From Macrostomum lignano (lineage: Eukaryota), in assembly GCA_002269645.1 (NCBI GenBank), contig NIVC01000616.1:186001-250000 (forward strand): DNA of 64,000 bases, in the 5' to 3' direction. A model generated the notes under the pieces. The model had not been told where the DNA came from, searched no databases, and was given only the letters and a program-made list of their open reading frames with translations. The translations under genes were made by a program, and so were the position numbers. The stretch's first letter is position 1. Every line of letters starts with the position of its first letter. Shown here piece by piece: positions 1 through 12,179 of this stretch.

Positions 1-601
1 CACGACCGCGTGCCTAAAATGTGAGACGGCCGACTCTGAGCCAAGGGCAGGCATGAGACTGCTTTGACTCTGACTCAGCATCTGCCTGGCAATAACAGCT
101 TGTTTCAGTTTTAGCCCATTGTTTTTAAACTAGATTCTTATTTTCAGGCTCAATATTTACCATTACGAAATTAATACTTATTATAGAATAACAGCATTAC
201 AATATCCGGTGCAATATTTTTGTCTTATTTAACTGACAATTTAATTTCGCCTTACAAAAAATCAATAAAACAAATTTATGGTCTACTTGAAAAGATGCAG
301 TAGCAGCTGTCTCCATGGTTATTCACCGTCACGCCAGTTCAAGTCTTCCTGCTTCCTACTTACCGTGAGCCTGCTTGTGAGACTGCTTGTGCATGTACGT
401 ACTACTGCAAGTAGGCTGCACTGATTTAGGTCAGTAAAGACCCGCTCTAATAACATAAAAGTACTACATGTACAAGTAAAATGAAGGCTTATGTTGAAGT
501 GTACAGCTGAGCCAAACTCAAGCCGAAGTTGACGAAGCTGCAGACAGTAAAAGCATAAATGTGCACCGATCTTGTGGTATTTCATTCGTTTTCATTTAAG
601 T

Positions 602-915
602 GGGGGTTGCAGTCTAGTGATAAGAGCCTTGGACTAACGACTGATGAAAGGTCGGGGGCTCGAGGCTCGACCCACTCGGAATAATTCGTGTCCTTGAACA
701 AGACACTTTTAGCTCTGCATTGCTTCAGCTCACCCAGCCAGCATCATTAGCTGGGGTAATTGAGGGCGCGTGTGGCGACCCCCCAGTCTTTGGACTGAAC
801 AGCCGTACGCAGCCTTCAGATGCGGCGCGCAATAGCTGCGGCTGAGCTGTCGGTCGCACATCTGCCTAATAGGGCGGGTGTAATAAATTGTTATTGTTAC
901 TGTTTCGATTATTAT
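602..915 (+). mobile_element. Degenerate tRNA-derived SINE with CORE/Meta-like central domain
   Basis: A-box-like CAGTCTAGTGAT and B-box-like GGCTCGAGGCT, followed by GTGTCCTTGAACAAGACACTTT...CTCACCCAG, which resembles the conserved GTGTCCTTGGGCAAGACACTT box of invertebrate SINE cores. Ends in a (TTA/TTG)-like tail. Boundaries approximate. Confidence 0.6.
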
Positions 916-1581
916 TTAAAACAAAAAAATTATTTCACTTTAAAACCTGGTACTTTATGTCGGAATTTTTAAAATGATTTCTTTGCTACACTACTGGAAA
1001 GATTGATTTCCTAAGTAGGTGGGAACAAGACAAGCGACAAGGAGTAGCACTGAATCCCGCCATGGCTAAAAGAAGGCACGCAGCAGAATAAAAAGCTAAG
1101 ACGCGTTCTACGTTTCCATGACAAGGCTATTGAGGAAGCCAGCTGCTGCACTTCATCGCCTCACAGCCTCTCAGAGTCAGCTCTGGCTTGCAATATGGTA
1201 AAACGCTTCGGTTGGGTAACCTGCCAGCCCATGCTACCTGACAAGCGCTGAGCTTCACGCCCACCTGTTGAAGACTATTTTAAAGCTGGGTAGATGAGCT
1301 GAGCTGAGCCAAGAGGAGACGAGAAGAGAAGGAAAGACAAGCATGTCAGACCGGTGATGCTGAGTTAAATTGAAGCTGCAAAGCAAGACAAACAGTGGCT
1401 GAAAAAGGACTGCTTTTGCATACACGGCGCACAAAGTTTATCTAAAGACTGTGATTTCGCTAGCCAGTGAGCAAACTGAAAAGCACCTGTTTGCAGTTAA
1501 TAAGTCTGATTCAAGTTCGCAAACTCAAATGTTGAGCTGATTTTCGCTCAAAGCGCACTGCTTAACCTCCAAAGAGCAGAG

Positions 1582-2651
1582 ATGAGCCAGGTGCGCCTGG
1601 CACTGTCCGACCCCATCAGCAGCTCGGCCGCCCCGACTGTCCGAGAGCCGGCCACGAACCGGGAGAGGCTGGACCAGCTGCAGGCGACTGCGCAGCGCTA
1701 CCGCAAAGTGTTCAATGCGCGACGGGTGGCCTACAAGTAAGTGCTAACAATAGCAATAAAAACTGTAAAAAGGCTGCGAGAAACCTGGCGCAACCCCTTC
1801 AAGTGGCTGATAGAATGACAGTGAGTTCAGTGAGTCAGTCAGTGAGTTCTTCCAAAGGATTAAGCGACTACCCCAATCAGGCGTCACGTGGATTGTGTTA
1901 GACACCCAAAAAGTACGCTTCCTGACAGCTAAAGAGAGGCTTCTGACACTAAACTGGAATTCTTGGCACTCAAGCTGGCATGTCAGATACCCAGCAAGCC
2001 CCTAAATATTGCAATATCCGATGCATTTTGCCGAGAACTCAATCAGATTTGATTCTCAAAGATTCGTTTGAATCCAATCCCAGTTAACCCAATTTGATTT
2101 TCGTTTGCCCGAATTCGCGCAGAGACTGGCACTCCAACAAGTCCGCCTCCTTCCTGGAAGCCCTGAAGCGGCTCCAGTGCATCGCCAGCAGCTCCTCCGC
2201 GCCGTCCGTCGCGTCCATCGCCGAGTTTCGCGAGCTCCGCGCCCAGGCGGCCGACCTGCGCCGCCTGCAGCCGCAGAGAGGCGCCGCCGCGGCGGAGCTT
2301 CAGCGTGTCGACGAGTTTTTGAACCACTGGCGCGACTACCTGGCGCTGAAGGAGATCTTCGAGCTCGAGTTCGTCAGGCCGCTGGCCCGCCTGCTGGAGG
2401 CCACCGAGGCATTTCGCTACCCGGCGATGCGGGCCGACTTGCTGAAGCTGATGGAGCGGCTGGACGCCGAATCCGACGAGCGGTTCGACTTCAGCGGCCT
2501 GCACAACACCACCGAAAACCTGTTCACCTACAGGGTGCCGCTGCGGGATGAGCGGTTCCTGGGGCTGATGCAGATCCTGCCCAGACTGTTGCAGACTGGC
2601 TCGCAGGTGTGCTACTTCACTGAGCAGCTGGTCAGCAATGACACCGAGTAG
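1582..2651 (+). CDS. Two-exon gene for a ~227-aa alpha-helical protein of unknown function (possible remote SPACA9-like)
   Basis: Exon 1 1582-1736 (ATG AGC CAG...TAC AA|gtaagt) and exon 2 2123-2651 (cgcag|A GAC TGG) join in frame. GC-rich codon usage matches the other genes here. The family assignment is only a by-eye resemblance. Confidence 0.75.
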
Positions 2652-2744
2652 CCCATCAAGAAACAAAAACGACAAGAGGTCCACTTTGGGACACCTAATC
2701 GGACCTACCAACCAGTTATCAGTTATACCCATCTATATAGAGAC

Positions 2745-3395
2745 AAACCCAAGAGACAGGGGCGCCAAAACCAAGAAACAGGGGCGCCAAACCTAAAAGA
2801 CAGGGGCGCTAAACCTAAAAGACAGGGGCGCCAAACCTAAAAGACAGGGGCGCTAAACCTAAAAGACAGGGGCGCCAAACCTAAAAGACAGGGGCGCCAA
2901 ACCCAAGAGACAGGGGCGCCAAACCCAAGAGACAGGAGGCCAAACTAGAGAGACAGGGGCGCCAAACCCAAGAGACAGGGGTGCCAAACCCAAGAGACCG
3001 GTGCGCCAAACCTAAAAGACAGGGGCGCCAAACCCAAGAGACAGGGGCGCCAAACCCAAGAGACAGGAGGCCAAACTAGAGAGACAGGGGCGCCAAACCC
3101 AAGAGACGGGGGCGCCAAACCCAAAGGACAGGGGCGCCAAACCCAAGAGACAGGGGCGCCAAACCCAAGAGACAGGGGCGCCAAACCCAAGAGACAGGGG
3201 CGCCAAACCCAAGAGACAGGAGGCCAAACTAGAGAGACAGGGGCGCCAAACCCAAGAGACAGGGGCGCCAAACCCAAAGGACAGGGGCGCCAAACCCAAG
3301 AGACAGGGGCGCCAAACCCAAGAGACAGGGGCGCCAAACCCAAGAGACAGGGGCGCCAAACCCAAGAGACAGGAGGCCAAACTAGAGAGACGGGG
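2745..3395. repeat. ~22-bp minisatellite (GGGGCGCCAAACCCAAGAGACA) with a periodic GGAGGCCAAACTAGAGAGACA variant
   Basis: Directly visible tandem units. Confidence 0.95.
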
Positions 3396-3987
3396 CCTTA
3401 GTGGTCCTTGCAAATACATTTTCACCTTGGCAATAAATTCCAACACGCACCAATGCTTTGTTTTAATCATCTTCAGAAATACACAAAAATATTTTCCAAT
3501 CATTTCACCCTGGCAATAAGTCAAACATGTCCGGTTCTGAGTTCATCCTGCATGCCGCTGGCATTTGCTTTCGGATTAGAAAGTCAGCGCTGGCGCAGAT
3601 CCCCTGCTGAGTCCTCGAAATCCCCCGGAAAGCCCCGTGTGCTGAATCGCTGAGGTGTCTAATCTGTTTGGGATTTAATCCCCTCGCCCGGCCAAGGGGA
3701 AGATTTTCAACGCCAGCGGAAGCCTCAGCCAAAAGCGGGACAAGTGCACTTGATCAGAGCCGGAGCGGAGGGCCTCAAGCGGTCTCGAGGCGAATCGTTA
3801 ATGGACTGCCTTTGTGCCGCGCCTCTGGCGGAAATTAACTTTCACGTGCCATATTAGCAGTCTCGTGCAGTGGCTAAATTAAACCCCCTGTGTTGACTCT
3901 GCCACTGTTTTGATGATGAGTGAAAATGCAGCTTCACTTCAAAATTTGCTAGCCTGGGCTTCATCATTTCAGTCCTCTGGATGACAG

Positions 3988-4462
3988 CCGTGTGAGTGAG
4001 TGTGAGAGTGAATGCAGGTGTGAGAGTGAATGCAGGTGTGAGGGTGAATGCAGGTGTGCGAGTGAATGCAGGTGTGAGAGTGAATGCAGATTCGTGAGTG
4101 AATGCAGGTGTGAGAGTGAATGCAGGTGTGAGAGTGAATGCAGGTGTGAGAGTGAATGCAGGTGTGAGAGTGAATGCAGATTCGTGAGTGAATGCAGGTG
4201 TGAGAGTGAATGCAGGTGTGAGAGTGAATGCAGGTGTGAGAGTGAATGCAGGTGTGAGAGTGAATGCAGGTGTGAGAGTGAATGCAGGTGTGAGAGTGAA
4301 TGCAGGTGTGAGAGTGAATGCAGGTGTGAGAGTGAATGCAGGTGTGAGAGTGAATGCAGGTGTGAGAGTGAATGCAGGTGTGAGAGTGAATGCAGGTGTG
4401 AGAGTGAATGCAGGTGTGAGAGTGAATGCAGGTGTGAGAGTGAATGCAGGTGTGAGAGTGAA
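3988..4462. repeat. 18-bp minisatellite (GAGTGAATGCAGGTGTGA)n
   Basis: Directly visible; it generates the CRCESE/SHLHSL repeat ORFs. Confidence 0.97.
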
Positions 4463-4776
4463 CCGAAGCGGCACAGCACTCAGGTTGTGGGCACTGAGAA
4501 TATCAAGTCTCACTAACGCAAGGACAGCTGCTACGAAGTCGGCTCTACCCACGAATGCCGCAGCTTGCAGAAGCTCAATAGTGAATGCACTGGCATCTTA
4601 ATCGAATAGTCCTACTGCCGCTCGTGAATATTTCACGGATTCCTTGGGGTCGAGCTGTGAGTTACACAGTGCGGGCTTTTAATTATGGATGCAGCTGCGC
4701 CCGCGACTAGCACTGGAACTGATATTCCCGGGAGTGATGTGCTTAGCACACAAGGGGTGAGAAAGAAAGGTGAAAA

Positions 4777-5501
<725 letters not shown>

Positions 5502-7683
5502 GAAAATAGTTCAGCCAGTAATGTAAATATTTACTTATCTCAGCAGCCTGCTGTCAAGGCTAACTGAGGTGAGAGGGCGTGACTGATTAATTTGTGGCCG
5601 GATGACGGATTGAACAAAACAAGCCTGCAGAAACAACAAGGCAATTCAGGGCTCTGTTTGCTGCCACCAAAGCGATATCAGTTCCGGTTAATTAAAAGTT
5701 CCTACCTGACTAAAAGATTTACTTCTGCACGGGCCTCCCAACAAGCACGGCAGCGCCACCAATCCGGGCACCAATGCCTTTTCAGATGCCTCGGCAGCCA
5801 TACATGAGCAGCCAGAGTTTCCACTGCACAGATCTGTCTGCCCCTGGCTTTTCCGGGATATAACCATGAAACAGATATGAAAACAGCTAAATAAGAAAAT
5901 ATTCCTATGGGACGTGAGGAACGGCCGCTCAGGCCTCTCCGAGGCGGGCTGAACAGGGGAGCCCGGCGTGTTGACTCAGGGCGGGCCTGCAGCCTCCGTG
6001 CCGCGCAAGGCTGCAGGAATATTCCATCTGCCGCAGAGTTTTCGCTTGGAAAGAAAACTGCAAAAAACAGAGGCCCGAGTTTCTTTTTTTGAGACTCCCG
6101 CGTCTCCTGAGCTCTCAGGGTAAACAGATGAGGAAATAGGCATTCACTTTCAGGTGCGCCGGGCGATGAGGCGAAAGAAATAATGAAGCTGGGGATCGAT
6201 AATGCTCCCCATGGCCTTCCTGCTGCGAGGCTCTGGCGGATTGTCTTAGGAAATTTCTAAGAAAGAAGAGACTGGGAGGAGCTGAGCTGTTTGCCCCGGC
6301 ACCCCGGCACAGCCCAGGAGTGGAGAAGGAGAGGAACAGGTGGCTCTGGAGCGCACACCTGAATTCTGCCACTTTTGAATGACACGCCTGAGACCTTACG
6401 AGAATGTACTTTCCAGCCCTGCAGGATCGCTGGTAGTGAATCATTTTTGAGACGTGTAGCGGTATTGGCGCGCTTGAATGTGCTCAGGTGTCAGTCTCAA
6501 AGTTTTCAAGAAGGCGCATAGGCCATGAGAAGCGTCCGATCAAAACTGGCGAGCAGGAATTACTGCTGAGAGCGGCAGTCAAATCCTTGATCTCCGATGC
6601 TAATCACCTGCTGCGATGTAATAAAATCTAAATGAAATCGGAAGCAATACCTGCGTTCTGCGTTTACACCTTGGCAAAGCCACTCGGGCTCATATTTTGA
6701 GCTTTACTTTCAAAAACCCCGGATGGCTTTGTGACGGCCTGCCTTCTGTAGCAGAAGCCTTCTCAAACAGTTCTCATTTTAAACTGAAAGTTGAGAACTG
6801 CACGAATCTACGGAATTAAAGACGTTCTGATAGCTTTTTGTTAATGATCAAGGAAGCTGCACGACTTATCAAGCTTTGACTTGTGCTGATTGAAAGGCGC
6901 TCCCGACTTGCTACAGGCAGTGCAGCGATCGGGGCGGGGCGATGCGGAGATGCTGAAAAATTTCCTCACCGTGGAAAAGGGGGCTGAGCTGATGATGCGA
7001 GCTGATTACTGGATAGAATCTCTGCGGGCAGATGGCAGGAATGCGTGGGCGGGTGCAGGCCGTCCTGATTGCAGGCCGTGCGGGGGGGACTCTAACATTG
7101 GAGACTGTAGAGCAAATTTTGCTGCTTCAAAAAGAAGAGGCAGCTCATCATTTTGCTGTCATGAAAATGTGCTTGTTTTCGAGGTCATTATAATTAATGC
7201 TCACAAGTTTCAGCGTGCTGAATGGGGCAAAATGCATGCGACTAATGAAGAGAGTTTCGTTGAGTTCGAGTTGGTGAATTAGCTGATTGGCTTTATGACA
7301 TCCGGTTGGGGAATAATAAAGCCAAAATAAAAATCTTCGCTGCCTGGGGACAGCAATGCCGCCCATTCCGCTACTCCTGAGCACACAAGCGCGCCAACAC
7401 TGTACGCAGGCACCCACTCATGCACACGCTCACGCAGGGTGTACAGCTACCCTGACATTCTCATCGTCAGGCATGTTCACTCTCTGTGCCTTGGGATCGA
7501 GCCTGGGTCTGCGGCGCGGGAGTCTGAGCTGCCCCGCCCCATTCCAGTAAAGCAAAGATCTGCACACCGCATTCCTATCTTGCCTTGCGGCAGGTGTTAC
7601 AATATATTTCACCTTCAATAGCAAATTATCAACCAGATGCAGCAGTAGCTTTGGCTTCATCGCTCTCGGTCAGCTTCAGCTGT

Positions 7684-7803
7684 TCAGCTCTGCAAGCCAC
7701 CAAAGCTGGAGGCGCAGCCGGCAGCTTCAACGTCGTATGGATGACCGGCGCCGCGATCCACCGTCAGGAAATTCTCCGGGGCGGCGCCAGTGGTTGACAT
7801 CAA

Positions 7804-7845
<42 letters not shown>

Positions 7846-9368
7846 AGGTTCCGCAGCCGCCCCACGATCCTCGATCTCCTCCACGCTGGGGGAGCTGCCG
7901 GCCGGCCGCGAGTCCCGCCGCTCCTCAGTCTCCGATTCTCCCGACTGTCCACCAGATGTCCGCAGTCGCCGAAGTGCCAGCCGGATGTCCGGGTGCAGCC
8001 GGAGGTACACCAGCGGCTTCAGCGCCAGCATGAACGCTAGGCCGACGCTGCCGATGTTGGCGGTGGTCAGGAGCGCCAGGCCGACTCGCTGTTGACTCGG
8101 CGGCGCCAGGAACCGCCCGGCCGTGGCCAGCGAGCTCGGCAGGCTGAGCGACTGCACAGCCAGCAGCCAGGCGGCCAGCCGCAGCTGCCGCCGCATGCGC
8201 GCCTTGCCCTGCTGCTCCACGGCCTCGGCGCTCAGCGCCAGCTGGGGAGCCGACGATGAAGCGGCGTTTGCGGAGGCTGCGGCGGCGGCGGGGGCGCCAG
8301 CGGAGTCGGCTGAAGACTGGCGCGAGTTAGCGAAGTGAAACGCAGCCGCCACCGTGACTGGCAGCACCTGCGGGTTGGGTGAGATGGGATACAGTGAGCT
8401 GTGAGATGGGATACAGTGAGCTGTGAGATGGGATATAGTGATCTGTGAGATAGGATATAGTGAGCTGTGAGATGGGACACAGTGATTTGTGAGATGGGAT
8501 ACAGTGAGCTGTGAGATGAGCCTCCGCTGCTCACCTGCGTGAAGACGGACAGGCTGAAGAGGAACCTGGCCACCGCGGGCTCATCGGACAGCAGCACTGG
8601 AAGGCTGCTCCACAGCCGCCTGTCGTAGCTGAAGGCGAGCTGGCGGCACTCGAACAGCACCAGATACCAGATGTTGCCGCCTAGGCTGAAGAAGGCAACG
8701 AAGCTGGGGTAGATGAAGATGCCGCAGGGCGCGGCGCCGATCACCCTGTCGTAGTGGCGCGGCCGGGCGAAGCGCATGAGGCTGGCCAGGATGAGAAGGT
8801 CCATGGTGAGGCAGGACTGCGTGATGTAAGCCCTGAACCGGCACGTCAGCGCCGACCAGATCGACTCTACGAGGTCCATGGTGGACTCGGCCTCGGCTGT
8901 GGACAGCGCTGGTACCAGGAAGTCGCCGACAAGACAGCTGACGGCCAGCACCAGGTCGGAGGCGGAGTTCATGCAGATGCTGATGACGCCGAAGTCCGAC
9001 AGGCGAATCCTGCCGGCGTGCAGCAGCCAGAGCACCAGCAGGTTGAGCAGCAGGGAGGCCAGCAGGGCGCCGGCCGTGACGGCCATGGGGGCCAGGGTGC
9101 GCGGATTGGACACCCACTGCGACGGGCGCGGCAGGCTGCGGCAGCGGCCGAGAGGGTCCACGGCCTGGGACACCAGCTGGGTGAGCTGCCGCTGCTGCTG
9201 GCGGGCCTCTTCGCCCAGGTGGTGGCACTGCAGCAGCGGCATCAGAATCTGCGACCGGCTGTCCTGCAGCAGCTGCTCACGGATTGAACTGTTGCTTCCT
9301 GCTGCTTCTAGAGGAGCTGCTGCTGCTGCTGCCAGGCCTGCGAAAATCACAAGCCAGACTGTTGCCAT
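7684..9368 (-). CDS. Divergent rhodopsin-like (class A) 7TM GPCR, ~505 aa, two exons
   Basis: Exon 1 9368-8535 (ACGCAG|gtgagc) and exon 2 8367-7684 (cccgcag|GTG), phase 0. Signal-peptide-like N-terminus and seven hydrophobic segments. TM1 'LLLNLLVL', TM2 'NSASDL', TM3-start Cys 'TCRF', TM7 'KPLVY' (NPxxY-like) followed by a helix-8-like 'HPDIRLALRRL'. Confidence 0.8.
8381..8519. repeat. 22-bp intronic minisatellite (GAGATGGGATACAGTGAGCTGT)
   Basis: About 6 units filling the GPCR intron. Confidence 0.9.
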
Positions 9369-9949
9369 GCTGATGGAGCTGCTCTGGAGTTGCTGAACTT
9401 GAGCAGCTCGATGTGGCCGCTTGATACTATAATAGACTCAGGGAAGAGAGCGAGAGAAGGCAGGAGATGGGAAGGGACGCCTGCCCGGTTCCGATTGGCT
9501 GCTCTGTCTGAGTTCATTTGACTTTTAACTATAAACACTTCTGCGGACCGAAATTTAGCATTGAAGCTCTTGTAGCGGGACGGGACACTCGTGTTTCTTG
9601 GGAAATTTTTGAAGACTTAATTTTCCTAAAAAAGACATTTCATTTTCTAGAGACAGTGCTTGATTTGACGGCTCATCGAATTAATCCTCTCTCGAATGTT
9701 AATCCCTTCTCAAAAGATATTTCTTAGAAACAGAGCGTCCTAGTCTAACAATCAGCAGTGGCCTTTGGCTGTGTAAAAATACTCAATAATATTGAAGCGT
9801 ATTAGCAACAGAAATTTGTTGAATTCGCATGATAATCAAGCAGAGTGTTTCAATACGTCAAAGTAGTCTGAAACGAACTCAAACACGAACTCAATTTGTC
9901 CACTAGAAGCCAAGTCATTTCTTGTCGCTTATAATTATATTGATCTATA

Positions 9950-10518
<569 letters not shown>

Positions 10519-11168
10519 CTCTCCCTATTGAACTTGCTTGTACACCAGATGCATGCACAGAAAGGGTTCGCAGCTGCGGTGAGCAATAACTTGCGCACTC
10601 TCAAGTTATAGTTTAGGATGCAGTCTCAAGCTGACTGCAGCGCGCTGATGAGATCTGCTTCTGCTAATCTCAAAGAAGAAATCTTCTTTAACCTGGCGTG
10701 ACCCAGCAGGCGAGCCCCTAAGGAATGTCGGGTGAAAAATGTCAGATCCCTGTTCTGTCCGCTTCATCTCAAAGGGATTTTGTATTAAAAATGTCTTTTC
10801 TTCATCCAAAGCTGCAGGCTGTCTCCCTTCTCCCTCGGCAGTGAGGGAGGCACGCGCAGCTGCACCCCCTGCTGCTTTGTCGCGATTGTCACCGAGGGAA
10901 GGCAACTAAAAAAGAGAATTATTAACAAAATAATCGCAGCAATAACTCGCAGCAACACGCTATTGTTATTTCCATATTTGGACAATCAAAGCTGCCATGT
11001 TTTCTCTTCTATTGTATCTTTTTGTCAGCCTTCCGGTAAATATTATTTCGAATAATGCCTTTTAATTTCGCAGGTAAAACTCAAATTATAATATGAAAAA
11101 TCACTATTTATTCGAATACGAGTGTACAGGAGAAATATTTTTCAAATAGACAAATTCAACATGTAACA

Positions 11169-11470
11169 CGTGAGACCCGTTTCTAACAGGTGAGACCCGT
11201 TTCTAACAGGTGAGACCCGTTTCTAACAGGTGAGACCCGTTTCTAACAGGTGAGACCCGTTTCTAACAGGTGAGACCCGTTTCTAACAGGTGAGACCTAT
11301 TTCTAACAGGTGAGACCCATTTCTAACAGGTGAGACCCGTTTCTAACAGGTGAGACCTGTTTCTAACAGGTGAGACCTGTTTCTAACAGGTGAGACCTGT
11401 TTCTAACAGGTGAGACCTGTTTCTAACAGGTGAGACCTATTTCTAACAGGTGAGACCTATTTCTAACCTG
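11169..11470. repeat. 20-bp minisatellite (GTGAGACCCGTTTCTAACAG), ~15 copies
   Basis: Directly visible. Confidence 0.95.
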
Positions 11471-11497
11471 TGGGACCCGTTTCTGGCAGGCGAGACC

Positions 11498-11498
11498 C

Positions 11499-11572
<74 letters not shown>

Positions 11573-11573
11573 A

Positions 11574-11638
<65 letters not shown>

Positions 11639-11655
11639 GTCTGTCTGTATGTCTG
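11498..11655. repeat. (TCTG)n microsatellite
   Basis: Directly visible. Confidence 0.97.
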
Positions 11656-12179
11656 CAGTACCTATGGAATTTGATTGTAAACGAAAGGCATGAACAGAAG
11701 CGATAGTGTTGGAGCCGAATTGTTGTAACTTGCACTCTCAATCCATCACCACGTGTCAAAGTCGATCGCCTTTGATCAGTGCAGCTGCACTGCAAGCTTG
11801 AATCGAAAACAAAAATGAGCGCAAGATGAAGTGCAAACGGATTTAGCTGATGCAGGTTATTTGTGAACTTTTAGAGTGCAAACAACACAGCTGGCGATGG
11901 CGATGCCAGCATAAACACATTCCTGACATTCCTGCTGCCGCAAGCTGTCAGTCAGGCCAGCGCAGGCCTTTCAATGTGTGTTGATTTAGAAACCAGCATG
12001 CTAGGCATGAACTGAAAGCTGAGGTTAACTATCTGGGTGCACTGCTGACAGAAACACACTGAGACCAAAGGTTAAAAGATGGACTGAGGCAGATGCTGAG
12101 TGAGAACGAAAAACAGACTGCGAGATAGACTGAAACACAGTGAAAGAGTGTGGGACAGAGTGCGGCAGGGTTCGATAGA

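Noticed and set aside
641-680. CTGATGA as a hammerhead ribozyme core
   Set aside because: No GAAA follows the candidate stem II and no stems I/III are evident; it lies within the SINE head.
3854-4601. Cys-rich 'CRCESE' (metallothionein-like) and His-rich ORFs
   Set aside because: All frames are products of an 18-bp tandem repeat; no splice or coding context.
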